Below, piece after piece: positions 18,785 to 29,795 of a stretch of 64,000 nucleotides of DNA. Both the position numbers and the translations under genes were made by a program. Under the pieces are notes generated by a model, which did no database searches, was not told where the DNA came from, and saw only the letters and a program-made list of their open reading frames with translations. The stretch spans positions 14,001-78,000 of the forward strand of contig CAMNSE010000002.1 of the NCBI GenBank assembly GCA_946554525.1. Reading direction: 5' to 3'. Source of the stretch: an uncultured Mycoplasma sp. Its GTDB lineage: Bacteria; Bacillota_I; Bacilli_A; RF39; UBA660. How positions within the stretch are numbered: position 1 is the first letter of the stretch; each line of letters starts with the position of its first letter.

Positions 18785-19219
18785 TTATGATTCTAGACAA
18801 ATAGTAATTGGTCCATCATTATGAATAGACACTTGCATATCCGCTCCAAATACACCAGTAGATACACTAACATATTCACTTAGTTTTTTATTAAATAAAT
18901 CATATAATTTAATAGCTTCACTTCCATTTAAAGCTTCAATATATGATGGTCTATTTCCCTTTTTAGTATCAGCATATAAAGTAAATTGACTAATAGATAA
19001 AATAGATCCTCCTACATCAAGTATAGATTTATTCATAACGCCATTTTCATCATCAAAAATTCGTAAATTTACAACTTTTTTAACAAGTTTCTCAATCTGC
19101 TTTAAAGAATCATTATGAGTAAACCCAACTAATAATACAAGTCCATTATTTATTTTACCAGTAATATTACCATCTACACTCACACAGCTCTCTTTGCTTC
19201 TTTGAACTATTATTCTCAT
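18785..19219 (-). CDS. dtd: D-aminoacyl-tRNA deacylase
   Basis: 144 aa. MRIIVQRSKESCVSVDG...GLVLLVGF...SQFTLYADTKKGNRPS. Overlaps relA by 4 nt. Confidence 0.92.
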   Translation of the reverse strand: MRIIVQRSKESCVSVDGNITGKINNGLVLLVGFTHNDSLKQIEKLVKKVVNLRIFDDENGVMNKSILDVGGSILSISQFTLYADTKKGNRPSYIEALNGSEAIKLYDLFNKKLSEYVSVSTGVFGADMQVSIHNDGPITICLES

Positions 19220-21369
19220 AATTTGCTTCTCCTAACATTCCCTATATAACGCTGCATTTCTAAATCAGTAATAATTTTATCAATATCTTCTTTATTCTTA
19301 ACTTTTAATGTTATTTCAAATACATTAGATGTTGGATATTCTCTTGTTTTAAAAGATATGATATTCAAATTTCTTTTTGTAAATAAAGCAACAATATCAG
19401 TTAAATAATTCTTGTCGTTATCTGTTTCAATATAAATATCTGTAAAATAAGTTGTATCATAATCTTTATTCCAAGAAACATCAATAATTCTTTCTTTTTT
19501 ATCAGAAATATTTACACAATCAGATTTATGAACAGTAATACCTTGCCCTTTTGTAATGAATCCAACAATATTATCGCCTTTTACTGGTTTACAGCACTTA
19601 GCAAGGGTTACAAGCAAATCACCCATGCCAGCAACAATTATATCATTTTTATAATTTCTTTCTTCTAGTACACGATTATTAACTTTCTCAATTAGCATTT
19701 CTTCTACATTTTCTTTTGTATCAACTGTTAAACTAATAATGTACCCCGCAGTAAATCTAAGAGATCCTATAGATAAATATATATCATCTATACTCTCTAA
19801 TTTTAAGTCTTTCATGATTTTCTTAATATTTTCATCATTCATAACTTCATTAAATGCAAGTTTTCTCTTACGAAGTTCTTTTTCTAAAATATCTTTACCT
19901 TTTTCTATCATGAAATCGCGTTCTTGTTTACTATAATAAGCTTTAATTTTATTTTTAGCTTGGCTTGTTTTAACAAATCCCAACCAATCTTTATTTGGAG
20001 AAGAGGTACTATTTGTTTTTATTTTAACAATATCATCATTTTCAAGTTCATAGTTTAAAGGGACAATTGTGTCATTTACAATCGCACCTACAGTTTTATC
20101 TCCAACATCTGAATGAATTCGATATGCAAAATCAATTGGCGTAGCACCACGTGGCAATTCTACAACGTCACCCTTAGGTGTAAATACATAGATCATTTCA
20201 GCTAACATATCACTAGAAAGCTCATTTTCAAGCGTTTTATCATCCACATCTTTATGAGTCTCAATCAAATTTCGAAATAACTCCAACTTCTGTTCCATTA
20301 TATGTTGAACTTTTTTAGTTCCATGTTCTTTATAAGACCAATGGCTAGCCATTCCTTTTTCAGCAAATTCGTCCATTTCAATAGTTCTAAATTGTATTTC
20401 AAATAAATGGCCATCCACACCAAAAACAGTTGTATGTAAACTTTGATACATATTAGCTTTAGGCATAGCAATATAATCTTTAAAACGTTTAGGTATAGGA
20501 CGATATTTGGCATGAACAAGTCCCACAGCTAAATAACAATCACTTACTTCTTCTAAAATAACTCTAAGGGCTAGAATATCATAAATATCATTCCACTTCT
20601 TACCAGATGATAATTTATTATAAAGAGAATGAACACTCTTAACTCTTCCTTTAATTTTAAACTTTAAACCTTGTTCAGTTAAAATATTTGTTATACTTGC
20701 CTGCATTTCGTTTAATGCTTCATTTAATTCTTCTCTGGAATCATTTAATTTATCTAGTATATCTTGATATACATCTGGCTTAGTATAATAAAGGCATAAA
20801 TCCTCTAACTCACTTTTAATCGAATTAATACCTAATCTATGAGCAATAGGAATTAACACAGCCTGGGTTTCATATGCTTTTTGTTTTTGCTTTTTAGGAT
20901 TAATTGCATAATTAGTGCGCATATTATGTAATCTATCAGCAAGTTTAATATATAAAACTCTTACATCTGTTGCTAAGCCCACTAAAACTTTTCTTAAATA
21001 AATAGCGCTAGATTCTGAATCATCTACAAGTTCCAATTTATTAATTTTTGATAAAGAATCAACAATTGTAGCAACTGTACTACCAAATTTTTCTTCCAAT
21101 TCTGAATACTCAACTCCACCATTATTCATAACTTCATGTAAAAGAGAGGCAATAATAGTAGAAGCATCTACATTTAAATCATTTACTATATCTGTTACAT
21201 GCAATGGATGAGTAATAAAATCTTCTTGATTAAGTCTTTTCATTCCTTCGTGAATTTTACTTGCATAAAGATATGCCTCTTTAATTTTTAGCAAATCTTC
21301 TGTATCTTTAATATTAGTTTTAATTTTCTCATAAAGACTATCAAAAGTAATTTTTTCTTCTGTTTTCAT
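19216..21369 (-). CDS. relA: bifunctional (p)ppGpp synthetase/hydrolase (RSH family)
   Basis: 717 aa with an HD domain (HPLHV...), a synthetase region (YIAMPKANMYQSLHTTV) and TGS and ACT-like C-terminal domains. Confidence 0.93.
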   Translation of the reverse strand: MKTEEKITFDSLYEKIKTNIKDTEDLLKIKEAYLYASKIHEGMKRLNQEDFITHPLHVTDIVNDLNVDASTIIASLLHEVMNNGGVEYSELEEKFGSTVATIVDSLSKINKLELVDDSESSAIYLRKVLVGLATDVRVLYIKLADRLHNMRTNYAINPKKQKQKAYETQAVLIPIAHRLGINSIKSELEDLCLYYTKPDVYQDILDKLNDSREELNEALNEMQASITNILTEQGLKFKIKGRVKSVHSLYNKLSSGKKWNDIYDILALRVILEEVSDCYLAVGLVHAKYRPIPKRFKDYIAMPKANMYQSLHTTVFGVDGHLFEIQFRTIEMDEFAEKGMASHWSYKEHGTKKVQHIMEQKLELFRNLIETHKDVDDKTLENELSSDMLAEMIYVFTPKGDVVELPRGATPIDFAYRIHSDVGDKTVGAIVNDTIVPLNYELENDDIVKIKTNSTSSPNKDWLGFVKTSQAKNKIKAYYSKQERDFMIEKGKDILEKELRKRKLAFNEVMNDENIKKIMKDLKLESIDDIYLSIGSLRFTAGYIISLTVDTKENVEEMLIEKVNNRVLEERNYKNDIIVAGMGDLLVTLAKCCKPVKGDNIVGFITKGQGITVHKSDCVNISDKKERIIDVSWNKDYDTTYFTDIYIETDNDKNYLTDIVALFTKRNLNIISFKTREYPTSNVFEITLKVKNKEDIDKIITDLEMQRYIGNVRRSKL

Positions 21370-21651
21370 CTAATTCTCATCCTCATCTAAGTTCCTATGA
21401 TAATCTTTAATAGTTGCATTTACATAAGTAGCTAGTTCATTTATATCTACTAAAAATATATCATTAACAATATTCCCTAAATCTAAATCTTTTGAATTAA
21501 CCCATTTATAGTTTTTAAGATAATTCCATATATCTTCTTCATGAATATAAGAATATCCATTCTTATGTATTTCTATAGCTTTACTAGTTAAAGCTGGTTT
21601 TACTCTATCATATAGTTCCTTTAATGTTTTAAATCTAATTTCTGTATTCAT
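21370..21651 (-). CDS. ComN/YrzD-like post-transcriptional regulator family protein
   Basis: 93 aa. The pattern VKPALTSK..GYSYIHEEDIWNYL..KW...L..IVNDI..VDINE resembles B. subtilis ComN. It is adjacent to spoVB, as in Bacillus. Confidence 0.55.
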   Translation of the reverse strand: MNTEIRFKTLKELYDRVKPALTSKAIEIHKNGYSYIHEEDIWNYLKNYKWVNSKDLDLGNIVNDIFLVDINELATYVNATIKDYHRNLDEDEN

Positions 21652-21731
21652 TTAAAATCACCTACTAAATTATAATCTTTTTCATATAATTAATTATATA
21701 ATATTTGAAGCTTTTTTGAAAGAGGAATTTC

Positions 21732-23033
21732 ATGAAACAAAACAAATTTTTAACAGCAACTTTTATTTTAATGCTTGGAGGCCTTATTACCAAAATTTTA
21801 GGATTTATAATTCGTATTATATATACTAGAATGGTTGGAACAGAAGCAATAAGCTTATATTCAATTGTTATGCCTACATACTCTTTACTTCTTACAATTG
21901 CAACTCTTTCACTTCCTATAGTCATTTCAAAATTAATAAGTGAAAATAAATATAAAAGCCTAAAAATATTATCTAATGCTACATTTATTTCTCTTTTTTT
22001 AAATATAATTGTCATAGCTCTAATTTATCTTACAAAAGACTTTATCGCAAACACTCTTTTACATGATGAAAGATGTAGTATTTTACTTATGTCGATGGCA
22101 CTTACTTTTCCATTTGTATCCATATCGAGTGTTCTAAAAGGATATTTTTATGGAAAGCAAAAAATGATACCCCATACAGTGTCAAATATAATTGAACAAT
22201 TTATAAGAATATTATTAATTTACATTTTTATTCCTTCTTTAGTAGAAAAAGGAATAGTATATTCCGTTACAGGCTTAATTCTAATTAGTATTGCATCTGA
22301 ATTAGCATCAATTATAACCTTTTTATTCTTTTTACCTAAAAAATTCAGTATTCATAAAACAGATTTAAAACCAGATATAGAAACTAGTAAAGAGATATTA
22401 AGTATTTCCCTTCCAACAGTGTCTAGTCGTCTAATCGGGAATATTGGATTCTTTTTCGAACCAATTATTTTAACAAATATTTTATTATTTAGCGGCTACT
22501 CCATGTCATTCATTTTACAAGAATATGGGGCATATAATGCCTACTCCATTTCTCTTTTATCTATGCCATCTTTTTTTATCGCCGCAATATCTTCTTCATT
22601 ATTACCAGAGATATCAAAATTTTACTATCATAAAAATATCGCTATGGTAAAAAGAAGGTTAAAACAAGCGATGATTTTATCATTTTTAGTAGGTAGTATA
22701 TTCTCTTTATTCATTTTCTTATTTAGAGATAAACTTCTAACTACATTATATAATACAACAAATGGATCTGATTATATAGCTATCCTTTCTCCTTTTTTTG
22801 TCTTATTTTATTTGGAAGGACCCCTTCAAAGTATTTTGCAAGCAATTGGAAAAGCTAAATCTTGTATGATTATAACATTAATAGCTATACTAGCTAAACT
22901 AATAACTATGTCGATTTTATCTCTTTGCCATATTGGAATGTATGCCTTAGTAATCGCTGAGATTATTGATATCATAATCGTTATACTTTTATGTTTTAAA
23001 ACAATAAAAAAAGAACTGTATAATAGCAGATAG
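21732..23033 (+). CDS. MOP-superfamily flippase, SpoVB/MurJ-like
   Basis: 433 aa, about 12 TM segments. The N-terminus FLTATFILMLGGLITKILGFIIRIIYTRMVG is typical of SpoVB/polysaccharide-biosynthesis flippases. Confidence 0.7.
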   Translation: MKQNKFLTATFILMLGGLITKILGFIIRIIYTRMVGTEAISLYSIVMPTYSLLLTIATLSLPIVISKLISENKYKSLKILSNATFISLFLNIIVIALIYLTKDFIANTLLHDERCSILLMSMALTFPFVSISSVLKGYFYGKQKMIPHTVSNIIEQFIRILLIYIFIPSLVEKGIVYSVTGLILISIASELASIITFLFFLPKKFSIHKTDLKPDIETSKEILSISLPTVSSRLIGNIGFFFEPIILTNILLFSGYSMSFILQEYGAYNAYSISLLSMPSFFIAAISSSLLPEISKFYYHKNIAMVKRRLKQAMILSFLVGSIFSLFIFLFRDKLLTTLYNTTNGSDYIAILSPFFVLFYLEGPLQSILQAIGKAKSCMIITLIAILAKLITMSILSLCHIGMYALVIAEIIDIIIVILLCFKTIKKELYNSR

Positions 23034-23084
23034 AAAAATAATCGTATCAACTTTTATCCATTTCTTAATTCTCATTAACAAATT

Positions 23085-24248
23085 TTAATTTTTAATATTT
23101 GCAAGCTCTCTTTTTGCTTTTAAATTATGATTTTCTATTGATACTCTTTCCACTACAAATAGCATCACGACTACATTTAGAGTAAATGATCCTCCATAGC
23201 TTAAAAACGGTAAAGGAACCCCTGTAAGTGGAATTAAAGCTAAAATACCCAATAAGTTAATTAAAATATGGAAAAGCAAATAGAGAAATGTGCCATATGC
23301 CAAAATGCTTAATCTTAAATTTTCTGCTTGTCTTGCTATTTTAAGAATTCGGTAAAGCATTACTGCGTATCCAATAATAAGAAATGCTCCTACTATCGCT
23401 CCTAACTCTTCTACAATAATTGGAAAAATAAAATCAGTATGACTTTCAGGTAAATATAAGTACTTTTGACTAGAGTTTCCTAAGCCTACACCAAATAATC
23501 CTCCATTATGAATTGCAATAAACCCATTGCATACCTGATATCCTGTGCTTTCTGTATATCTACTACACGGGTTTCTAAATTCAAAACGTTTTAATTGATA
23601 AGAACTTAAAATACTTGTTCCACTATATACAATAGCAACTAAACCAATAGCTAAACACACTACACCAATTTTTAAAATTTTAATAATATTTTTTTTAACA
23701 GATGGAATACTTATAAATATAAAGAAAATAATGCCACCTAAAATAAGCGCAGTCCCTAAATCCGGCTGTAAAATAATTAAGAACACTAATATTAAGCATA
23801 AAGCTACAGGAAAAATGTAATTATATATGGTCATATTTTTCTTCTGTTCTAAAGATTGATAAGCACAAGCTAAATATATAATCGAAATTGATTTGGCAAA
23901 TTCACTAGGTTGAATATTAATAGGTCCTAAACTAAACCAACTCTTAACATTATTTGAGATACTTCCATATACAAGCAAAAATACTAACATTCCTCCTATA
24001 CCCAATATTAGTATTTTGGAAAAATAATGATATTTTTTGGTAGGAAATCTTAAGATTATTAAAAAGCCAAATATAAATGCTACACCTAAAAATATAGCTT
24101 GTCTAATAAAAAAATGGTACTGAGCTACATTGTATCTTAATACAGTTGAGACACTAGAGGCGCTAAAAATCATGATAAGGCCGAAAATACTATAAAAAAC
24201 CATTAAAACTAAAAGTACTAAATCCATTTTAGAAAACAGTTTTTTCAT
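23085..24248 (-). CDS. SEDS-family peptidoglycan polymerase (FtsW/RodA/SpoVE)
   Basis: 387 aa. Motifs QPSEFAK, LPESHTDFIFP and GVPLPFLSYGGS. Confidence 0.88.
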   Translation of the reverse strand: MKKLFSKMDLVLLVLMVFYSIFGLIMIFSASSVSTVLRYNVAQYHFFIRQAIFLGVAFIFGFLIILRFPTKKYHYFSKILILGIGGMLVFLLVYGSISNNVKSWFSLGPINIQPSEFAKSISIIYLACAYQSLEQKKNMTIYNYIFPVALCLILVFLIILQPDLGTALILGGIIFFIFISIPSVKKNIIKILKIGVVCLAIGLVAIVYSGTSILSSYQLKRFEFRNPCSRYTESTGYQVCNGFIAIHNGGLFGVGLGNSSQKYLYLPESHTDFIFPIIVEELGAIVGAFLIIGYAVMLYRILKIARQAENLRLSILAYGTFLYLLFHILINLLGILALIPLTGVPLPFLSYGGSFTLNVVVMLFVVERVSIENHNLKAKRELANIKN

Positions 24249-24379
24249 ATATCCTCACCTATAATAAGTTTATCATATATTTAAAATAATTAAAAGAAAT
24301 TTTAAAAAGTAGGTTTTTTTAATGTCAAAAAGATGATAACTAGAGTAAACTATATTAGATACATAAAGGAGGTACAAAT

Positions 24380-24565
24380 ATGTATTATTATGGAAATAAT
24401 GGCTACTATGGCGGAGGCTATGGTGGATATGCACCTTGTTGTAATACAGGATATGCCGGATATACTAGTGGTTATGGTATTGGTGGAGCAATCTGGATCG
24501 TATTATTCATACTACTTATAATCATAATTGGTGCCGGATGGAATTTCGGTAACAACAATAACTAG
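24380..24565 (+). CDS. YjcZ-like tiny Gly/Tyr-rich membrane (sporulation) protein
   Basis: SD AAGGAGG. The sequence MYYYGNNGYYGGGYGGY...FILLIIIIGAG resembles the YjcZ family of small sporulation proteins. Confidence 0.6.
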   Translation: MYYYGNNGYYGGGYGGYAPCCNTGYAGYTSGYGIGGAIWIVLFILLIIIIGAGWNFGNNNN

Positions 24566-25053
24566 GAAGAATGGGAAGTTCTCCCTTTTTTTCTTTTTGG
24601 CACTATGATTTTAGAAGAATCATATATTGTTTCAAAAGCCATTTTATCAAGCGATTGATCAATAAAATCTTCTGCTGTTACATTTTTTAATAAACGTTCA
24701 ACCTTTTTTAAATAAGAAAACTTTATTTGTGTACAAGGTATTGCATATTCGGCAACCGCAAATGTTTCCCGATAAGGATATGTATAATACATTCCATATC
24801 CTTTAAATTTTTCTAAAACTTCTTCTGGAATATCATAAATACATACATATTTAAGATATTTAGGCTCCATATATAATATACTTTTATAATTTTGAAAAAA
24901 ATGCATATAAAACAAGCCAGGCTCATATTGGTGGGTATTTAAACTACTAACTATATTAACGTTCCCTATATTGTAAAATGCTTCATAATTAAGAATATAA
25001 TCTACTTCTTTTTCACAACATATTCTATATACCAGCACATAAACCACATCCAA
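24562..25053 (-). CDS. hypothetical protein
   Basis: 163-aa ORF. An extended -10 (TGATATAAT) lies only about 14 nt before the ATG, with no clear SD. No motif recognised. Confidence 0.35.
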   Translation of the reverse strand: MDVVYVLVYRICCEKEVDYILNYEAFYNIGNVNIVSSLNTHQYEPGLFYMHFFQNYKSILYMEPKYLKYVCIYDIPEEVLEKFKGYGMYYTYPYRETFAVAEYAIPCTQIKFSYLKKVERLLKNVTAEDFIDQSLDKMAFETIYDSSKIIVPKRKKGRTSHSS

Positions 25054-25133
25054 AATTTATCGTATTATATCACACATAATTGAAAAAAACAATTTTTTGT
25101 GTTAGAATAAAAAATGTTTAAGGGGTGAAGTAA

Positions 25134-25685
25134 ATGAAACTTCCAAATATAAGAATATTAGATGAAAAAGATAAATTGCTTCATACTGTAAGTAGTGAAG
25201 TAAAGTTTCCCTTATCAGAAGAAGATAAAGAAACAATCAATGATATGATAACATATCTAACCATGAGTCAAATAGATGAATATATCAAAAAGTATAACTT
25301 ACGTCCAGGAATGGGACTAGCCTACATTCAAATAGGAAAGCCAAAAAGAATATTTGTAATTGTAGAAGAACTTGATAATGAAGAATTTAAAAATTATATT
25401 TTAATTAATCCTAAAATTATTACTCATAGTGAAGAGCAAATCTATGTCGGTGAAGGTGAAGGATGCTTAAGTGTGAATCGTGAAGTTGAAGGTATTGTTC
25501 CAAGATATGCTAGAATCACTGTTGAAGCTCAAGATATAAACGGAGTCCCATTTAAAATTAGAGTTCGTGAAGATATAAGTGTTGCCTTTCAACATGAAAT
25601 GGATCATTTAAATGGAATTTTATTTGTCGATAAAATTGATCCTAAAAATCCTTTTAAAGATGAAGAAAAATATCGTGAAATATAA
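25134..25685 (+). CDS. def: peptide deformylase
   Basis: Motifs GMGLAYIQIG, EGCLSV and HEMDHLNG. Confidence 0.93.
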   Translation: MKLPNIRILDEKDKLLHTVSSEVKFPLSEEDKETINDMITYLTMSQIDEYIKKYNLRPGMGLAYIQIGKPKRIFVIVEELDNEEFKNYILINPKIITHSEEQIYVGEGEGCLSVNREVEGIVPRYARITVEAQDINGVPFKIRVREDISVAFQHEMDHLNGILFVDKIDPKNPFKDEEKYREI

Positions 25686-25717
25686 AAATCTAAAGATTAG
25701 ACTTCTTTAGATTTTTT
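25685..25717. terminator. bidirectional terminator between def and smc
   Basis: ATCTAAAG-attagactt-CTTTAGAT flanked by an A-run and a T-run. Confidence 0.7.
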
Positions 25718-25725
25718 CTTTATTA

Positions 25726-28671
25726 TTAAATACTTTCTAAATTTACACTAACAATTTTACTTACACCAGATTCCTGCATTGTAATACCATATAATACATC
25801 AGCATATTCCATAGTTCTCTTTTTATGTGTAATTAAAATAAATTGACTTTTATCTTTTTTCTCTTGCAAGTAATGTCCAAAAGTATCTACATTAGCTTCA
25901 TCTAGCGCTGCTTCAACTTCATCTAAAATACAAAATGGGCTTGGTTTAACATTCAATATTGCAAATAACAATGCAATTGCAGTTAATGTTTTTTCACCAC
26001 CAGAAAGCAAATAAATTGAATTTAATTTTTTTCCTGGTGGTTCTGCTTCTATTTCAATACCAGTATTTAGAATGTCCTCAGGATTAGTAAGTTTAAGTGT
26101 TCCATGACCACCTTTAAATAATTTTTTAAATACTAAATTAAATTCTTTACTAATCGCATCAAAAGTAGTTTTAAATTTTTCTATCATAATTGTGTCCATC
26201 TCTTCAATAATATTATGAAGTTCCCTACTTGATTCTTCTAGATCAGCACTTTGATTTGTTAGAAAGTTATATCGTTCACTAACTCGCTCATATTCAGCAA
26301 TAGCTCCTATATTTACTTCACCAAGTTTTCCTATTTCTTTTTTTAACTGTTCAGTTTTTTCACGAGCTATATCAATTGGCAAATCAAGTTCAAAATTACT
26401 TCTAGCATATTCATAAGTAAGGCCATAATCTTTAGACAAATGAATTAACAAGTTATCTAATTTTACATCATATTTTCCTAATTTAATTTCGCTATCTTTT
26501 AAGTCATTTTGAAGCTTGTTATATTCACTATTAATTTTATGAAATTTCGTTTCTTTTTCACTAATTTGTAAAGATAATTCTGATTTTTTCTTTTTTAATT
26601 TTTCTAGTTGTAAATAAGCATTTTCTTTTTCTAATGTAACTTCATTTGTTTCTTCTAAAATACTAACTAACTTTTTATCTAATTTTTGATCACTAATTTC
26701 TTCATTACCCTTAATTTCTAAAGATTTTCTGTCTAATGTTTCTTCTAAGCTTTTTACTTTTATATTTCTTGAAGATACTAATTCATTTATTCTAATTAAT
26801 TCTTTAGCAAAATTTTCTTCCTTTTCTTGTAAAGAAGAAAGAAAATTATTAAATGCATCATATTCTTTATTTAATTGTTCAAGTTCCACCTTTTTTAATT
26901 GCAATTTTTCTTGTAATACATTATATTTTGACTTATCACTTAAAAAACTATTTGTATTTTTTAGTGTACCACCAGTAATAGATCCGCCTGGATATAATAC
27001 CTCTCCATCAATTGTTACTATTTTATAACGATATTCCAAGACTTTTGCTATATTATTTGCTGAATCAATATTATCAGCAACAATAACATTTCCTAATTGG
27101 TTTTTAATAATATTATCATAAACTTCATCATATTTAACTAAAGAACTCCCAATATTAATAAAACCATCTAATATTTTAATTTTTGAAATATCACTATCAG
27201 GTATAAACTTAGGCTTAATAATATTCATTGGAAAAAATGTCGCTCTACCAAGCTTATTTTCCTTTAAATAAGAAATGCAAGATTTACTCACACTTTCATT
27301 ATCTACGATCAAAAAATTAGCAGAAGCTCCAAGAGCTGTATCAATTGCAGCTACATACATATCTTCTGTTTCTATTATAGACCCAATAGTATTATGAACA
27401 CCATTAAGTCTTACATTATGTAATATGCTTCTAACTGCTTGTGGAACTTTAGAAGATGATTCGATATTCCCTTCAAGAATATTAATTTCATTTTCTAATT
27501 GCATAACTTCTTTTTGAGCTTCATTTATCTTAGTAAAATAAGTAGTCTTTTTTACCTTATTTACAATTAGATCATTATCTATTTTGTCTTTTTCAAATGT
27601 TTTTTCTTTTAATTCTTCATTAATATCATCTAGAGATCTTTTTTCTAATTCATAATTTTTTTTAAGTTCCAACTCTTCTTCTTTTAATTTTAATAAAGTG
27701 CTTTCTATATTTTCTTTAGAAAACTCATATTTTTGACGTTCCATTGTAACTAATTTTTCTGCCTCTAAACTAGCTAAATTCTCCGTTAGTTTAACATACT
27801 CATTATTTTTATTGGTAATGTCTTCTTCTAATTTTAAATTTTCTAATTTTAATTTTTCTAATATTGTATTGTCTTCTGCGTTATTTGTATTAATAGTAGC
27901 TAATTCTTTTTCTAAAGCTTCTACTTCACTTTTAATTTTTTTATAATCGAAATTAATAGTCGTAATATCATGAGCTATTAAAGCAATTTCAATATTTTTC
28001 AAATCATCTTTTAAATTTAAATATTTTTTAGCTATTTCACTTTGCTTTCTTAAAGGCTCTACAGTCTTTTCAAGTTCATCAATAACAAGTTTAATACGAG
28101 TGATATTTTCCTTTGTTTTTTCTAATTTTTTTAAACTTACTTCTTTTCTTTTCTTATATTTTAAAACGCCTGCGGCATCTTCAAAAATTACTCTTCTAGC
28201 TTCTGGTTTACTACTAATAATATCAGATACATTGCCTTGAGAAATGACATTAAATGAATCATTTCCAGCACCAGTATCCATAAATAGATCGGTAACATCT
28301 TTAAGTCTTACTTTACTATTATTAATATAATATTCATTCTCCCCCGTCTTATAAATAATTCGCTTTATTTCAATTTCATTAAATTCACTATTTAAATAGT
28401 GATCACTATTATCAAATGTTAAAGCAACATAAGCACGGTTTAATGCATCTCTTGATTTAGATCCAGAAAATATAACATCACTCATTGCATCACTTCCTCG
28501 AAGTGATTTAACAGATTGTTCTCCTAAAACCCAACGTACGGCATCAACGATATTGCTTTTTCCTGATCCATTAGGTCCAACTACAGCAGTAATACCATCT
28601 TTAATTTGTAAATCTATTTTGTCTGCGAACGATTTAAATCCATGTGCTCTTATACTTTTTAAATACATCAT
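25726..28671 (-). CDS. smc: chromosome segregation protein SMC
   Basis: 981 aa. N-terminal GPNGSGKSN, long coiled coils, a hinge, and C-terminal LSGGEKTLTAIALLFA and ILDEVEAALD. Confidence 0.93.
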   Translation of the reverse strand: MMYLKSIRAHGFKSFADKIDLQIKDGITAVVGPNGSGKSNIVDAVRWVLGEQSVKSLRGSDAMSDVIFSGSKSRDALNRAYVALTFDNSDHYLNSEFNEIEIKRIIYKTGENEYYINNSKVRLKDVTDLFMDTGAGNDSFNVISQGNVSDIISSKPEARRVIFEDAAGVLKYKKRKEVSLKKLEKTKENITRIKLVIDELEKTVEPLRKQSEIAKKYLNLKDDLKNIEIALIAHDITTINFDYKKIKSEVEALEKELATINTNNAEDNTILEKLKLENLKLEEDITNKNNEYVKLTENLASLEAEKLVTMERQKYEFSKENIESTLLKLKEEELELKKNYELEKRSLDDINEELKEKTFEKDKIDNDLIVNKVKKTTYFTKINEAQKEVMQLENEINILEGNIESSSKVPQAVRSILHNVRLNGVHNTIGSIIETEDMYVAAIDTALGASANFLIVDNESVSKSCISYLKENKLGRATFFPMNIIKPKFIPDSDISKIKILDGFINIGSSLVKYDEVYDNIIKNQLGNVIVADNIDSANNIAKVLEYRYKIVTIDGEVLYPGGSITGGTLKNTNSFLSDKSKYNVLQEKLQLKKVELEQLNKEYDAFNNFLSSLQEKEENFAKELIRINELVSSRNIKVKSLEETLDRKSLEIKGNEEISDQKLDKKLVSILEETNEVTLEKENAYLQLEKLKKKKSELSLQISEKETKFHKINSEYNKLQNDLKDSEIKLGKYDVKLDNLLIHLSKDYGLTYEYARSNFELDLPIDIAREKTEQLKKEIGKLGEVNIGAIAEYERVSERYNFLTNQSADLEESSRELHNIIEEMDTIMIEKFKTTFDAISKEFNLVFKKLFKGGHGTLKLTNPEDILNTGIEIEAEPPGKKLNSIYLLSGGEKTLTAIALLFAILNVKPSPFCILDEVEAALDEANVDTFGHYLQEKKDKSQFILITHKKRTMEYADVLYGITMQESGVSKIVSVNLESI

Positions 28672-28677
28672 ACACCT

Positions 28678-29337
28678 CTATCTTAAACTAGCTTTTGAAA
28701 GAGCATCTTTAGCAGCATTTTGCTCAGCTTCTTTTTTGCTATGGCCGCTTCCTGTGCCATAAATAATACCATCAATTACAACATTAAATGTAAATGTTTT
28801 ATCATGACTAGGACCTGATTCTGAGATTAATTGATATTCTAAGCTTTTTTTATCTGTTTGAACCATTTCTTGAAGTCTCGATTTATAATCCCCTAAAAAT
28901 ATATAGTGTTCTTTAATATATGGAGTAATAACCTTTAGCGCATATGACTTAGCAACTTCAAAACCGCATTCTAAGAAAATAGCTCCTAATACGCTTTCAA
29001 AACAATCAGCAATAATTGTATCATTAATATCTTTTAACTGCCCATTGCCTACCCGAATGTGCTTATCAATTCCAATATCTTTTGAATATTTTGCTAAAGC
29101 GCTTTCACAAACAAAACTAGCCCTAATTTTAGTAAGTTCTCCTTCTTCCACTTCATAATTTTGATAAAAATATTGGCTAGTAATTAATTGTAATACAGCA
29201 TCGCCTAAAAATTCTAATCGTTCATAATTAGGCACATGATGTTCATTAGAATAACTACTATGAGTTAGTGCAGTAAGAAGCAATTCTTCCTTTATATAAA
29301 TATTATATTTTTCTAAAAAATTCATAATATCACTCAT
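28678..29337 (-). CDS. rnc: ribonuclease III
   Basis: ERLEFLGDAVL signature plus a C-terminal dsRBD (HSKKEAEQNAAKDAL). Confidence 0.93.
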   Translation of the reverse strand: MSDIMNFLEKYNIYIKEELLLTALTHSSYSNEHHVPNYERLEFLGDAVLQLITSQYFYQNYEVEEGELTKIRASFVCESALAKYSKDIGIDKHIRVGNGQLKDINDTIIADCFESVLGAIFLECGFEVAKSYALKVITPYIKEHYIFLGDYKSRLQEMVQTDKKSLEYQLISESGPSHDKTFTFNVVIDGIIYGTGSGHSKKEAEQNAAKDALSKASLR

Positions 29338-29405
29338 TTCACACTTATTTTCATCATTATATCAAAAATTAAAAAAAAAATAAACACATTTGCGCTTATT
29401 TACTT

Positions 29406-29765
29406 TTATATCCATTTAGAAACATATATTTTTCTTGTTTGTTCTTCTTCTAAAGATCTAAATAATTCAATAATACTTAAAACAATTGCTTTAATCTTAT
29501 TTGTAATACTTTGTTTAACTCTAATTGACAAAAGCTTCTCTTGCATAGTTTTACGGAAAAAATAATCATCTACGTATTTCCCCATAATTTTATCAATTTC
29601 ACGAACTTCATTTATCTCTTCAACATTGCTTAAATCAATGCTAAAGATAAAATCTTTATATATTTTTACTAATTGGTTAGAGATATGATCTCCCTCTAAA
29701 AAATCAGCATTATTAATTTTATTAAAATTTGGACAATATCCTAAAATAATTTTATTATTTTTCAT
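29406..29765 (-). CDS. hypothetical protein (119 aa)
   Basis: ORF with an AAGGAA SD and its own TTGACA-17-TAATAT promoter. No motif recognised. Confidence 0.4.
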   Translation of the reverse strand: MKNNKIILGYCPNFNKINNADFLEGDHISNQLVKIYKDFIFSIDLSNVEEINEVREIDKIMGKYVDDYFFRKTMQEKLLSIRVKQSITNKIKAIVLSIIELFRSLEEEQTRKIYVSKWI

Positions 29766-29795
29766 ACACTGCTTCCTTTACTTTCCCTATAATTA

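Noticed and set aside
21665-22015. 116-aa minus-strand ORF overlapping the start of the SpoVB-like gene
   Set aside because: It is antisense to a well-supported flippase gene and spans the divergent promoter region. It has no SD or motif.
24333-24521. 62-aa ORF in another frame over the YjcZ-like gene
   Set aside because: The overlapping frame that starts at 24380 has a perfect AAGGAGG SD and matches the YjcZ Gly/Tyr-rich plus TM pattern. This frame has neither.
24562-24565. Shared CTAG where the YjcZ-like gene and the convergent 163-aa ORF both stop
   Set aside because: The overlap is real, but it is a trivial consequence of a palindromic TAG. No functional implication can be supported.
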